Part shown: positions 39,450 to 52,921 of the stretch, in pieces
How positions within the stretch are numbered: the first letter of the stretch is position 1
How the letters are laid out: each line of letters begins with the position of its first letter
NCBI GenBank assembly: GCA_004022145.1
Contig: RCNU01000004.1
Direction: 5' to 3' (one strand)
From: Paecilomyces variotii
Lineage: Eukaryota
Length of the DNA stretch: 64,000 nt
The notes under the pieces: model-generated
Seen by the model: the letters and a program-made list of their open reading frames with translations, nothing else
Told to the model about the DNA's origin: nothing
Databases searched by the model: none
Translations under genes and position numbers: made by a program

Positions 39450-40185
39450 ATCAGCGGGGATATGGCCCCCAAAAATGCAGATATAATTCTGGTCTTGGAG
39501 AGACTTAAGACACATGTTCCTCCAGCGAATCGAACTTCCACTTGATCTTCTGGCCTCTGAGGGAGATTGAGGTGAGGTCAATCTTATGTCGGTGCTCGGT
39601 ATCAAAAGAAATAGGCCGTGCTTGTGTCTTTATATGGTTGGTTCCGAAGCCTTTGTTATGGACGAAGAGCCGCCACTCTTGTTGGTCTATCAGAAAGGTA
39701 TCAGATGCTGCTTGCTGGCTGCATGTTACTTTGTCATGCGTATGTATCAATCCATAGCCATTGACGAATAACGAGCCCCTCTTATCGCAAACAGTTCTCG
39801 AGGACCCATAGATCGCTACACAACTGTTTGACGTTTCGGATACTAACCTGAGTTTTCACTCTCCCCGTCATAGGAAGAACCAACGGCGTGGCCTGAATCG
39901 AAAGAAGAAAAAGAAAAAATAATAATAAAAATGAAAATAAAAAGCAAAAGAAAAAGAAAAGGGAAATCAAAAAGAAGATCAGATGCGGCTGGGCCTGTTA
40001 TTCAAGTGTGTTGCACGAATCTATGATTGTGCTGTAATGGGTTTCGATCTGTCCCGCCCTCAGAAAATCGCTGGAATTGTGGACTGCGTGCGCTGTGTAC
40101 CGATGGTATCCAGCAATGGCCGAATGACAACCAAAGGATCTACCTGCTCTTTTCTTTTCGTCAGGTATGGATCCCGCTTCTTCAA

Positions 40186-40830
40186 TCACTCTCTGGATAG
40201 GAGAAACTCCTTACGTGGACCTTTCCTGTCTGATATTCCGTGTATCTGCCGAAACCGTGGATGTAGTATTGCCAGGTCACAACTCATGGATTTGATAATG
40301 GTCTTTTGGTTGATGCGTCTCGGAACTTGTAGGACTATCCCCTTTGCGTTGGCACTAGAACCAAGGATATGACACCATGCTGATTTGATATTGCTCAGGT
40401 AACGTCTCTCTCCGTTGCGGAGACAATCGAGAGGATACCGGTATAGAAGTTTCCTAGACGTCATCCGACTCCGGACTCTTAAGCTTTCTCCCAGCCGGCC
40501 AAATGATACATGGCAGTCCAGCCATCGCCACCTTCTGCGCTACTGATGATTAGTTGGGCACGGCAAAGGGCGTCCCAATGGATCCATCAGAGCTGGCAAC
40601 GGCCACGGAACGTGGCCTGAAGTTTTCCTTCCTTGGGAATGTGTGGACTATCTTGAAAAAAAGGGCCCTGGTCAAATTTCGTGCGGGGCTTCCTGTCTTG
40701 ACAGATGATCTTCCAAAGGGTGGACAGGAGGATCTCCGGCGCAAGGTTGACCTGCGCTAAATGCGCCATTGACCGTCTGGGCCATTTCAGGTACCGCAAA
40801 CGACACGCTTTGCAATTGGCAAAACATTAA
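40186..40830 (-). pseudogene. DUF3723-like relic (copy B)
   Basis: Motifs in order: DGQWRI*, FDQGPFF, YLSNIKSAWCHILG...LQVP...DLAIL...F..I...DR; stops and frameshifts. Confidence 0.6.
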
Positions 40831-43369
40831 AGAGCCTTCGACCTAACCTAAAAGTGGAAACAATGACTACCGATCCTGGCTCTTTCTATTGGATCATGCG
40901 CTGGCGTGCAGTGGGTAAGTACCAAGGACTAAGGAGGCAGAGGGCAGCTGCATAGCTTTCATGATGACCGCCGAATGCCCGGCTGGTCTAGGGATCGCCG
41001 CTTGTCTATACACAATACAGACCATAAGCTGGCGGAAACAGTATGTTTCCCCCATCACTTTCTGTGGTCCTTGGCATTCTCACTAGTACAGACATGAGGA
41101 CATCATAAAGAATAGCCCTTGTCTTGATCAACCAAAGCTGCAATAGCTCATCTTCACGGCTACGTGCATTGCTCTCAAGTCTCACGAAGGAACTATTTTC
41201 CACCGCTTCAAGGTGTCATAATTCCCAGGACTGGGCATTCGTTTGCTTTGTGTGAACTTAAGCGCGATTATTCAAGCCACTTTGTACATACTTCTCCAGC
41301 AGACTCATCTCTATGGTCCCGCCTATCTCGGGAGGCGTCGGATTCCGCCGCAAACAAAGGGAGGGGTGCGAAGTCTGTTTCCGCGTCAATAAGCCATGCA
41401 TTACGGAGTAACACCTGGTCGACTTCTCTGCCGGTTGACCGGCGCGCAGTAACATGGCCGACGAACGGTGGGGCAGGATCTATCGCTTAACACGCGCGGT
41501 CTGCGCAAGGCGTATTCCATTTCGGTTCAGAATAAGGGATACTGTCAGAACCAGACAGACCGAACTGAAGGATTCTCCTTTTGGTCGAGTGGCCTAGCGC
41601 CAATAGATACTACATGGCCCACGCCAAGATATTCGTTGGGACTTCGATTTCTGTTGAAGAAAAAAGTGGATATTTTGGGTTCATCCGAACATCCCTGTAT
41701 GGGGGATATACGATATAGAGTCCCGAACCTGGCTACGCTCGTCAGTATATATCCGATGCTTTAAGTGCTACAGATGACTTCGCCGACTGTTAGTGATTAA
41801 GCAATGCTGAGAGTAGAGCATCGGGTTCACACAGCCGACGGTATGTCGTCGAAGGTCATTGCTGGCGACTTCAGCAACCTGGAGTGAAGGAGGCAGCGGG
41901 TGCTCCTTGAAACCTTGTCGCTAAGACCGGCTCCACTATTCTCTCCAGTCCAACTTTATCCATCGATCAGTAACAGCCGATGGTGACTAATTCGGTAATG
42001 GGGAAGTGATTATTGTGTGGAATATTCTATTATTATTGAGACCACTGATTCCTAAATCATCTCCTAGCGCCACGGTTGCAGCGGCAGTGACTCTGGACTC
42101 CGGACTGCGGCCTACCAGCAGAAACAGCATTATGCAGCATACATTAACTAACTATCAGCAGCCAAATGCCTGACTAACACTCGATACTTCCGAAAGAATG
42201 AGTATCCATACTGAACAGCCGATGTTACCGCGCGTCCGCATTGTTATCTCACTAATAGCAACACTCGCAATATTGCTCCGACCGCTACCCCATGCAAATG
42301 CAGGTAGACGGCCTAGAAGTGGTACGAACTTAACATTATGTGAGCGCTCGCTAACTGAAACAAACCATAGGAGAATCATTGAATTATGGCTGGGTGCGTC
42401 GCGGCTATCACTGGCTGACGAGACCCCGCTAGCATTCTCAAGTCGGGAAATGATTTGTTGTATCTGCAGATACCTATAGCGTTCAGACGGCACATATCTA
42501 CTATTATTCGGTTGAGAGCTGCAGACTCAGCATAACATTAACCCACACGGGCAACTTACTGGAACTTTCTCTAGGCCGGTTTGTATTCCTACTCGAATGT
42601 AGAAGTTTAGGTCAAATTTATGCGGAACAATACACAAACCAATGAAGGAATTATCCACGCATGTGAGTTAACAATCACAGATCGAGAAGACCCTAGTCAG
42701 GAGAAACTCTTATGTGTTTGTGGCTAATATCACAGATTATGGGTGAACCAGACCAAAGAGATTTTCATCAAGTACTTTTTCTCTAACTACATGCATTCAG
42801 TATATTATGCATATATTCATATATTCATCACTTTCGGAGAGAGGCACCCATTTATTACTATTGAACCTATTACAATATCGCGAAAGATTTATCACCTTGT
42901 GATCTCCGTTAACTTGACCTCCGTTAACTGCACGCAGTGTAACGCCTGTTCGTGGGAATCCGCTCCTATACAGGAAGAGCGGTGAAGAGAAAATTGAAGG
43001 AAAACAGCTTACTCTAGTTTTTCGTAGAAGAAATACTGAGCCGGCCAAACTTTATCCCAAAATTTCAAATCTGCGTGTGGGTGTAATAATACTAACTGGC
43101 ATACAACGGCATATTCAGTGGCGAGCTCTACGCCTATGACAGAAAGCCGCTAGGTCCTTTACACCTAAAGGTATCACATCTGCATAGTACCATACATACT
43201 TATCCTGCAATTGCCACTCTGGAATGGCCTACAATACTCCTGATCCCCGATGGAGACGCGTGCTTCAGCGAGGCTCGAGCGGTTTGTGGAGAAGAGGTCT
43301 CCATGCACGTCAACAAAAGAGCGACAACGGGCTTCGAAAGAAATCGGTGTGATAAACATCACGGTTCAT

Positions 43370-43510
43370 ATCCATGGTTCTAGACAGATATCCTTCGACG
43401 TGGCGCAATGGGGACATTAAGCACGCAAACCTGCAGGAAGACGGTGAAGGTTTATCGGATATCCGAAAAGCAACCTGTATGTGGGCAACAGAGGGAACTC
43501 GGCCGAAGCA
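43370..43510 (-). pseudogene. Possible second captain-type C-terminal Zn-finger relic
   Basis: EFPL...ISD...R F...LRHVEGYL across a frameshift. Confidence 0.35.
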
Positions 43511-43689
43511 CATCGATGGCCAGGGCTTGGGCTCTTTTCAAGAACTTAATCTGCCTTCCCCTGGCACTGGCGAACGCAGGGGTGGGAACCGAAATCGGCA
43601 TTGTCTCAGCGTCCTTAATCCTCGTTCACTGTCAATACCTTCTTCTGCTCATTCGATATGCGGCACGCAGCTCATGTATGGACGAACCT

Positions 43690-45120
43690 TTATTGTCTAG
43701 GATCTCCGGTGTTATTCACCAGTTCTAGCCACCATGGGGGAGAATAAACGGTAATCTTACTGCTACTTATCTTGGGAATCTTTTCTGCCGGAATGAAGAT
43801 AGCGCCTTGCATACCGGACAACATACCACAGCAGATAGCATCCTGATCCTCACAATTCGACGTGATAGCTTGAATGCCTCGGCTTTCAAGATGCCTCAAC
43901 ATCCAATGGGCACGAGTTGGATCCGGCGAGCTAAATGTGCGAGTCGGTGCAACGCGCACATCATAGACTTTCGGGTGTATCCAAATGATCTCCTTTAACT
44001 TTTCCTGTGTGCAGTGTTCGAGCAAGCACTGGAAACACGTGGTTTGATAAAGCAACCTCTTCTCTTCCCTACCCAGAAATCCTGATTCCGTCACCGCATC
44101 TAGTGTCCCTGGGCAGGATGAACCAGGCACCGAGTTGGGCGAGACAACGACAAGACGACTTGCGTCTATACGATCGGCTGCCTGGTCTTCCGACTGGGAA
44201 ACTGCGCCCGTTCTTGAACCATGATACGCGACTGGTGCCGGCAAAGTCTCATCATCATCGTTCTCCTTACCTCTTCTTCATCGAGTTCCGAATACGGCCG
44301 AGGGCAGCTTTCTCATCTTCTTTAGTCGAGGTCTTGTGGTACGCGTCGCTCATTACATGCATGGAATTGCACTCCAGAGTACCCCCGGTATGGGCAAAGA
44401 GCTCTTGTTCTCATCGATCTAGCGCGTACGAGTCACGTTCTCAACGGCATGACCGCGTCTTCCGATAATCTCTTTCCGTTTCCAATCAGAATATTCTGGA
44501 TCCCATCATCATCAATGGTCGCTCTCATGAAACCACTCCTTATGGATAATCTGGTAAAGGTGACGAACATGCCCTCTGGGACAGTCCTGACAGCTGAACA
44601 TTGCCATGAGATCTTGCTGATCTAGTCGTTTGCTTCATGCACGGTTTTCTAGGCGTAGGGTGCAGATCAAGATTCTACGAGCCAACCAGAAATCTACGAT
44701 GCTGTCCCAGATACGACTTGAATCCTCTTACGTGCGTCTTCCTGCTCCTCCATAGGCCCACCACTTCGCCACTTTGGCCCACGAGACCTGCCACGGTAAC
44801 AACGTATCCATTCGAACGGAAATGCCGCAACTTTACACTGAAAGCGCCAATTGGAGGACAGTTCCAGGTGCGCGATATGCGCCGTACAACCATCTTCTTT
44901 TCCCGCACATAACAGCTACTTTTCTTGGTTGGCATGGAAAGACACTCGCTATCTTTTCGACTTGTTTTTGAGCCATCAAGGGTATTGGCCCTATAATCGC
45001 AGGCGGACTGGATAATGGAGGCATAATCTTTTCTGGGTCAAAGTACAACCTCGTTATTTCCCCTGGTCGGCCATTCAGGTAAGGGGAATCTATGGACTGT
45101 GTGCATGAACCATGGAGCAT
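43690..45120 (-). pseudogene. Decayed DUF3435 tyrosine recombinase ('captain')-like gene
   Basis: C-terminal-half landmarks in order: DPEY...RKEIIG, PQDLD*R, acidic stretch, QERA, RIDA, EKR...CFQCL...RTFSSPD...HWMLRHL; catalytic core not recognisable. Confidence 0.55.
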
Positions 45121-47047
45121 CCATTACTGCACTGCTAGTTTACACTGATTTTGCCACTACAGAGAAATAATGCGAACTGTGAGTTGTATCACACAACATG
45201 TAGCTTCTGCTTGCTAGCGATGGACTAGGAAAGTTTCGACAATCACTGCAACATGAGACTGGAAACTCCGCTGGCCATGTCCCTGGTGAATTAACCCCAG
45301 TCAGATCGATAAGTTCCAAACCGAATATTCGATGAGCCGTTCGTAAGTAAGAAAGTCCAAATCACTCGGCCAACTTGCTGGTTCTCGGTGCTGTCGCGAT
45401 CATAGAATAACACGTATCATCGCATGACTCCTGAGTACCTTTATAGTTGAGGTGAGGATCTACTACTTAGCTCGAGTCCAAAGGTGACGCTGCATTCTCT
45501 AGTGTACGCTAGCCACCCATAAGGAAGAGATAGTTGCAGTCACTTTCATCCATGCCATTTGACCGATTCGGTCACAGAACAAACCCTGTCTAGACGACGT
45601 CCTAATTACGTCTTCTTTCCATGCAAAGATAACAGCCAACTCTAGTCTCTCTTGCTCGTTGATAGCAAGTGACCTTTCTAATATGGGATCACCGTCCCAG
45701 CAAGAGGACTCAATTGCTCAAAAGGGAGAAATATCAGATGTCGACACACAGCTGGGTAATCCCTTTTCCGCGACAGGAATAAGTATCCTAGAACGATATC
45801 TGCTAATAACAAACTGTTAATTCTTCGTGATTACTGTATCAAATTTCAGATCTAGAAACTTGATGGGAGTGGTGCAGCAGGGAAAGAAAAGAATCAAGTT
45901 GTCATTCGATCGCTCTAGATTATCCTCCAAGATCATCTCCCATTCAAGAAGTTGATTAGTTAAATACTTCGAGTGGGGCCTTTCGTCCATCCTACTTGTT
46001 GTTTTGGTCGCTTCCAGTACTCCGAATCCGTATGGTTATAGTTGACATGGATACTAACTAGAGACCCATCTTTACGTTAAGTAACACCACTCAAGTATCA
46101 TGTCTCACTTTATACAAGCTTTATCAACGATTTCTACAATACAATACATCTGACCGAAATGCCATCAGGACGATAGCTATTGAGTCGAATGTGTTGCGCG
46201 GTGATGCATGAATAGAAAGAGTGGCTGTAGTATGTTGAAGATTGGCTTCTTCCAAGGCTACTACTATCCAATACACACTCTTCGTGTTTCGACTTAAATT
46301 TGTGATTTCTTGCGAAGCATCGTGAGACGTTCGAGGATGTCTAATGCAGTGTAGAGGTAATCATCGTTGAAGGCTGCCTTCGCTGTAATCAGCAAGTACA
46401 GTGCAAAAGTGGGATATTCTCATTCATTAGTTGCTATAAGCTGCAACAGAACAATCTTAAGATATTTTATTTCGTCCAGGTCCAATAATCGCCTGCCCTA
46501 ACCAGGTAGTCTGTCTGGTCATTCTTTGAATCTGTTCTAGAACCATCGATGATCCTCAGCAGACACTGTACAGAATCTACAAGAGCCTTACTTCGAGCCC
46601 GTTATTTATTACGAGTAGTCAAATATCTGAAGAGAAATCTCTACCGGAAGGGATATATCTGAATCTTAAAAGTAGGATGAATAAGTGGCACCGGATACTT
46701 AAAACTTTTAGCACCAGATGTGATTTAAGATTTCCACATTTAAACAGTCCGTTATATAAGTACTGAGACGTCAATAATAACTCCTCGTGCTCAAAACGTC
46801 TTGTCATCCTTCTTTATGACACATCGTTATTTCCTTTTCTGATTAGGCTGGGGTGGGGGCGAAAGCAATTCCCGTTGCATCTTATATGATAACAGAGACC
46901 GGGATCTTGATTATAATTATTAATGATTGTTTACCCCGCTCGTAGTTTCGACGTCCGAGGAAACTTCATCAACCTCATTTTTTTCTTTTACAGCAGAATC
47001 TATAGTAAACTTCTTTTCCATAAATTACCTATACACTGACGAACATA

Positions 47048-47955
47048 ATGGCTCAAACAGAACCCGTCCACTTTTTCGACATAACTTCCAAGCTCCCAGG
47101 TATTATAGAATCAATCCCCCCCCTCCGCCCCCACCTTAAGCTCCTCGTTACAAAATCGGCCATAGTCAAAAACATCAACTGATCAAACCGTGACTAGGGC
47201 CGTCGCAATCATGGTCACCTAACACACTGAAGACCAGAATAGTGCTCAACTACAAGGGCATTCCATACACCCAGTCCTTCCTTTCGTATCCGGACATAGC
47301 ACCAGTGCTCAAGCAGCTCGAAGTGCCTCCCGAGTCAGAGGGCTTTCCGTACACTCTTCCGGCAATCATACACAAGAGCACTGTCAAGACTAACCCGTTC
47401 GGTGCTCTGATGGATTCGTTCCCCATTGCCTTGCATCTGGAGCAAGCGTTCCCTGCGCCATCGTACCCGTCGATCTTCCCATTCGGCGATAGCAGCCACG
47501 CGCTCGCCCGCGCGGTGGAGTTCATGATGATCAGTTTGGTTTGGAAGAGTTATAGGCTCATCATGCCCAAGGTTCCCGATCTGTTGGATGAGAGGGGGAG
47601 CAAGTATTTCCATGAAACGCGTACTGCGCGTTTCGGAAAGCCGTTGGCGGAACTCTTGCCAAAGGATCAACAGGAATATGACGCGATCTGGAAGGAGATG
47701 GAGAGTGTTTTATTGACATGGACTGCTATGTTGAAGGGGAAGCCTGGGAAGAAAGGCCCTTTCTTCGAGGGTGAGAAAGCGGGGTATGCGGATTTCATAG
47801 CTGTGGGGTTCATAGCGTGGTTCGAGAGGATGGACAAGGCGACCTTCCAGAAGATGATCGAGGTCGGGGATGGGGAGCTGAAGACATTGTGGGATGCTTC
47901 GGTGCAATGGGTAAATGGTCAGGGCCAGGAGAAGGAATGGCCAGTTTCCTCCTAA
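47048..47955 (+). CDS. Fungal glutathione S-transferase-like protein, 2 exons
   Basis: VHFFDI...SWSPNTLKTRIVLNYKGIPY, YTLPAI, DSFPIALHLE, GPFFEGEKAGYADF. Confidence 0.9.
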
Positions 47956-48243
47956 GGCTTCCTTTGTTGGGTCGAGTGGATCCTTGGACGTTTCTAAGAT
48001 GAATTGATGAACGTGAAACTTCGGAAATCAACGGGCCAGTAGTCGTTTACATTCATATTATACAAAGTCACATTCTGTGGGTTGATTGATCCACCAGGTT
48101 CCTCAGACTGCAGCACGAGGCCCCCCTCTTAGTCGATAACAACCCAGGTTGTTCTCAAGACACCAGGACGCAACAAACCGCACCGGAAATGATATAGTAA
48201 TTTGACGCCATAAATTGTACATCCAATGAATAAATTAGCCAGC

Positions 48244-49022
48244 TCACAGTCCGCGCAGGAAGTTAGCCTCCCTGATGCCCTTCCTTCTGGCGGCCCTTGC
48301 ACTCTTCGTGATTTCTGACCTCTTCTCCAGACTCTCTGCGGCTTCAGCAATAATATCCCTCTGGCTGTCATCGGTCCTGTTGTACGGAGCGGGTGTGATA
48401 TCGGTTGCCTGTTCGTGAACAGGGATCTTCCGGGGCAGCGACGCCGCAAGAGCGGCCATCTTCTTCTCGTGACGCTTTCGTTGTTTCTTGTTCAATGCTG
48501 CAAAAGGGTTAGCATACTGACGCCTCCATTGATAATATGCGCGATATGAATAGTCCACATACTGCTAACATCGACGCCGCCCATATCAGTCTTCGACTGG
48601 TTCTTCTTGTCGTCCAGCAAGGTCCAGAGCCACTCGGGGTATTCCGAGTCATCCAAGGCGAAAAGATCCGGCTTGTTCTTAAAGTAATTGAGGCCCTGTA
48701 GCTTGGTTCCTGGGGGGCAGCTGCTTGGCTCGCGCTGAGTTGCAGGCTTCTTGGGCTTTTCAGGGTTCACATCGACATGGACACCCTCGGGCGTGCTCAA
48801 CGGCTGCGAGACACCCGGCGAAGCGGAGGATATGGCGGACGGGATGGTGATGGGCTTTTCGCTGGGTCCAGGCTGGCGGGGAGCTGGCGGAGGTCCAGGC
48901 AGACTGTAATTTCTCAATTGACCGCGCTGAATCGCCCGGGAACATGTTGATGTGGACACCGGCGTCGGACTCTGGATAACAAGTCGCGACAGCAAACTTG
49001 TCCGGCACTGTCTACAGATCAT
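48244..49022 (-). CDS. MRPL37: Mitochondrial ribosomal protein mL54 (MRPL37), 2 exons
   Basis: Presequence, SSCPPGTKLQGLNYFKNKPD...DSEYPEWLW, IREANFL. Confidence 0.9.
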
Positions 49023-51755
49023 TGTGGCGGACGGGTGCAGCGCTGCACAGGGGAATAGATCACAATATAGTGAATCCGGATAACCAGCAAGTCAGAGTTG
49101 AGAGATGCGGGCTTGCCGGACCCCGAGCGACTTTGACGGTTGATAACGAGGTTGAAATGATCTCCGTAGAAAACTGCGGCCGTGAATTTCGTGCCAAGCC
49201 GGAGGTCGCAGTCACGTGCACCCGCCTGTTCCTGCTGAGTCATCGTCATTCCCTTGAGCTCATAGATAACTTACCTGATATTGTTGCTCAATAATGGTAA
49301 CTGTTTCTTAGATATCCTGGTTCCTGGCGAGTATATTCCTTAGGGTGATAGCTTTGTGCTCCGTTACTATGGAATAATGGTGTTGGCGTCGTTGCTAGTC
49401 AATAGTACTGATACTCGATAGCTTCGCAAATATATAGTTCCTATCTCAGAAGTTATCATGAAATAACCCATCAAATCGAACCTGCCTCAACCATATAATC
49501 ATAGTAGAAGACCCAAAAACTGCAATGCAGTTCACTGTTACTATTATTGGGCCCAGTGGTTCTCCTTCACACATATTACTGAAACTTATATTATATCACT
49601 TACGCGTAAAAGATTCCCAACCACCTCTCCGGATTACCATGATTTTTGTTTTGAATACAATTCCAGACCTGGCCTTTCTATCTACCTAGGTACCAACAGC
49701 TGCATAGGGCCCCACGTGAAAAATAGGCGACATAGATGCACATAGCGCCTCAAATACTGTCAGTATAAATTTACTCTAATGAACCAGTGGGAATCTGAAC
49801 CACGGAAGCAAATACACTGGAAAAGCATTTCATACGGGAATCAAATCTTGATGACTTAGAGAACTAGAAGGTACTGGAATCTATCTGCTATTCATTTCCC
49901 CCCCAAGACTCTATCCTATATTAACTGCTGCCTGGAGCTGAGCTAGAACACTATCTCTGAGCATCTATGGTTCCAGCGTGTCTGCTTTGATCCTAGATTG
50001 ATTGATATAGATGGCTTCCCGTTGTTTGTTCTACCCGGTTTATATAGGGTAGTAGCAGCGGCTTGCAGCTCGTCTCCACAGAAGCTGTGAGCGCTGACAG
50101 AATACATCAGGTATCGTGGATAAATTGGAAGCGATATTGAATGGAGAGGGAACCAAGTTCATAAACGGAAAGCAAGATCTTATCAACCACACTACTCAAG
50201 TGTACCGACGCATCTTGGGATCAGTCAGGTGGTTAGGTACAATATGTGTATATTTCCCCGGAAATAAGTATTGGGTCCCTTACTTAAGTGGACATGAGAC
50301 TGCATCTATCAGTTTTCTCAGCTAGAAGATTCATCCGGCTGGCAGAAGTTCCGGATCAGATGTTATTCAAAGCTTTTTATGTACATAAAAAAAGAGCAAG
50401 TAGTGGACTCATGTAATACCTATTATATCACTTGCTTCTCCTCACCATTTTACTGTCCAGGGGGGTTTTCCCCCAGATTTTCTCCATCTTGGCACGGCCC
50501 CTATGTCACATCAGGCTAAGTTACCTCCTAGTGAAGGCGAATCGAAAAGAATGGAGCATAAGTTAATTGCGATTCGCGAGTCTCATATTTTCGGCTTGCG
50601 GCACCGAAATAGACTCAGGATGCGATGCGGAACCGCACTTTAGTAGCAAAAACACAAAACAAAACCAAGGATGCACAATCTCTGAAGCTATCTACCTACC
50701 TACCCAGGTTGCGTGCCATGGCCATAGCCAGGAGGCTTAATTCCCCGCTTTCAAGAATAGTCGAGACATTCTCAGCGCATCCAGATATCCCTCTTATTAT
50801 TTGTCGACGGGCAAAGCGTACTTACTTGCTCAAAAAGATCCAGCTCCTGTTTTGACCGCTAGCCGGATGATCGTCAATAGTATACTTACTCTTAACCTTC
50901 CCCGCATTTTCGGTTGGACATTGCGTTGGAGAGCCGAGCCGCATAACTAAACTATTTGCGGGGGGGGAAGTTGTGGAGGTGTCTAGAACTCTCTCTCTCC
51001 CCGGAATTAGGAGCGAGCCCTATTATTACGATTGGGATGACCGGGCCATAGAGCCGTCAGTTGCGATTGACGAATTCGTTATGGTCTTTTTATGGATGTA
51101 CTAGGATTGTCTCTGTCTCTCTCTGTCTCTCTCTTAGATATCACGGCGAGAGGCATTGGTCCCAACAATACTGTATTCGGGTACTCGGGAAATCCGGGGA
51201 AGTCGGGCCCATCTAAATAGCAGAAAGTCTTGAGGACTTTCCGATTGGCATGTTTTGTCTGTGACGCCAAGTGGTTGGGTGGCTGGACGCGTGTCACAAT
51301 GACCGAACTTTCGCTGGCTAGCGTGTAATCGTGTCTTTGTGGTAATATCACGTCTTGCATGGCAGCTTGGGATCTGCGTAATCGCATCGAGAAAAGACCC
51401 ATCTGCTTTGTTGTCTTTGTCAAGTGTCAGATTGGAGCGCTCTCATAGCCCCTGTGCAGATCATCGTAATGGGATCGGATCCTAGAAAATTTTTAAGAAC
51501 GCGTATAAAAAAATTATGAAGTAGGTAAATAATATTTTTGTTTTTTTGCTCATAAGAACAAGAGTTTTGACATGGTGGATTTGTTGATTTTTCCCAACCG
51601 CAAGCTCATAGGCTGAATCAGGCAGTGTGAATCATTGCAGCACACTAAGGATAGCAAGCATGTAATTGTTACTGGAAACCGCGAACAGCAGCAATCACGC
51701 TGCTGTTTGACATGGTAAACATTAAGTCTGTTGCTTCCTCGATGCCAGTCCGATA

Positions 51756-52921
51756 TTACTGGTTCTTCCTCTCGCTGGCTCCTCGGACCAAATGACTGAG
51801 ATCACCCACTGGAAGAACAAAGGGGAAATCGACGCTGAGAAGCAGCTGGGCTGCCAGAAGATACCACCCGAGTAACTGGGAAACGAAGAATATAGCACCG
51901 GACGCCTGCGACATAGTTAGTTAGATACGATCACATTGCGCAAGGGGAATGTAGGAAGAGGGGGTAAAAATAACGAGAAGGGAAACTGACAATTTGAAGT
52001 CTACCGGCCAATGCAACGGCTCCATCCGCGAGCTGAAAGTTGGCACCGGCGAGCAGGCCGAAACCGAGAGTGAGCGCCAAGAAGATGAGGAAAAAGACCA
52101 GGTTCGTGCGCAGACTGCATATGAGGTATATAAAGCAAAGCAGGCCGAAGAAGACGTAGTAGAACGCTGTTGATATCGTTAGATGAATTCTGATAGACTT
52201 GTACACAGGTAAACAGTACGTACCAAACGATGAATTGAAACCTGGATTTGTCGGGTCCTGAGGTTGAAAGGCCGCAGCAGCACCATATGCCGGCACCAAA
52301 GTCGTGGCAAGAGAAAGCCAGAAACCACCTTGAGTTCTATTAGGTCTCTGCTTACTCGAGCAATATAGGGAGGGAGAGTTCCGCGTACCGAAAGAAGCGA
52401 GGACGACCAAAGTGAAAGTGTTTCCCAGAATCCATTCCATAACTCCTGCAATTATCATAAGAAGACCACCGATGAAGTACATAACACCACTGTTATATAT
52501 TGTTAACAATCGTGTGCGGGATATATGTTACGGGTATACGAACACAATGGCAGCGCCGCCGCCTCCAGATCCTCTCCATCCCATCAGCTGGCAAGACAGA
52601 GGCCCCAAGGTAACGATGAAACCCAGGATACCACTAGATAAAGAGAGGATATATGGTCAGTCATCAGACCCTTCAAGCATTTATTTAGGTAAAAGAGACT
52701 CACAGTGGCGTCGGATTGCCGACCGTGGCTCTGATATCGCCCTTGACTCGAGTCTTAGGTGTAAGGTAGATCTTCTCGAAGAGCTCAGGAGAGATTGAGA
52801 TGCCACCGGCGGTTCGAATCTTCCTGAGAGCATCGTCCCTGCTCTCATGTTCTTCTAAGTCGTAGCGCGGCGAACGCAGCGAGCCATTGTGCTCGGTATT
52901 GCCTTTCTCGATATCAGACAT
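51756..52921 (-). CDS. GPR1/FUN34/YaaH (AceTr) family carboxylate transporter, multi-exon
   Basis: ELFEKIYLTP, GNPTPLG motif, MEWILGNTF, GGFW, SLRTNLVF, LPVGDLS. Confidence 0.92.

Larger units (their letters stand above)
36800..45200 (-). mobile_element. Probable derelict Starship-type giant transposon remnant (boundaries undefined)
   Basis: Gap of ~10.7 kb without an intact conserved gene; co-oriented DUF3435-like relic at the 5' (right) end followed by two DUF3723-like relics. Confidence 0.6.

Noticed and set aside
39840-39850. TACTAACCTG match to the 5S sequence
   Set aside because: Only 10 nt and equal to a common intron branch motif
45100-46900. Starship terminal direct repeats (TTAC/GTAA)
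   Set aside because: Several 4-mer candidates, none distinguishable from chance without an empty-site alignment
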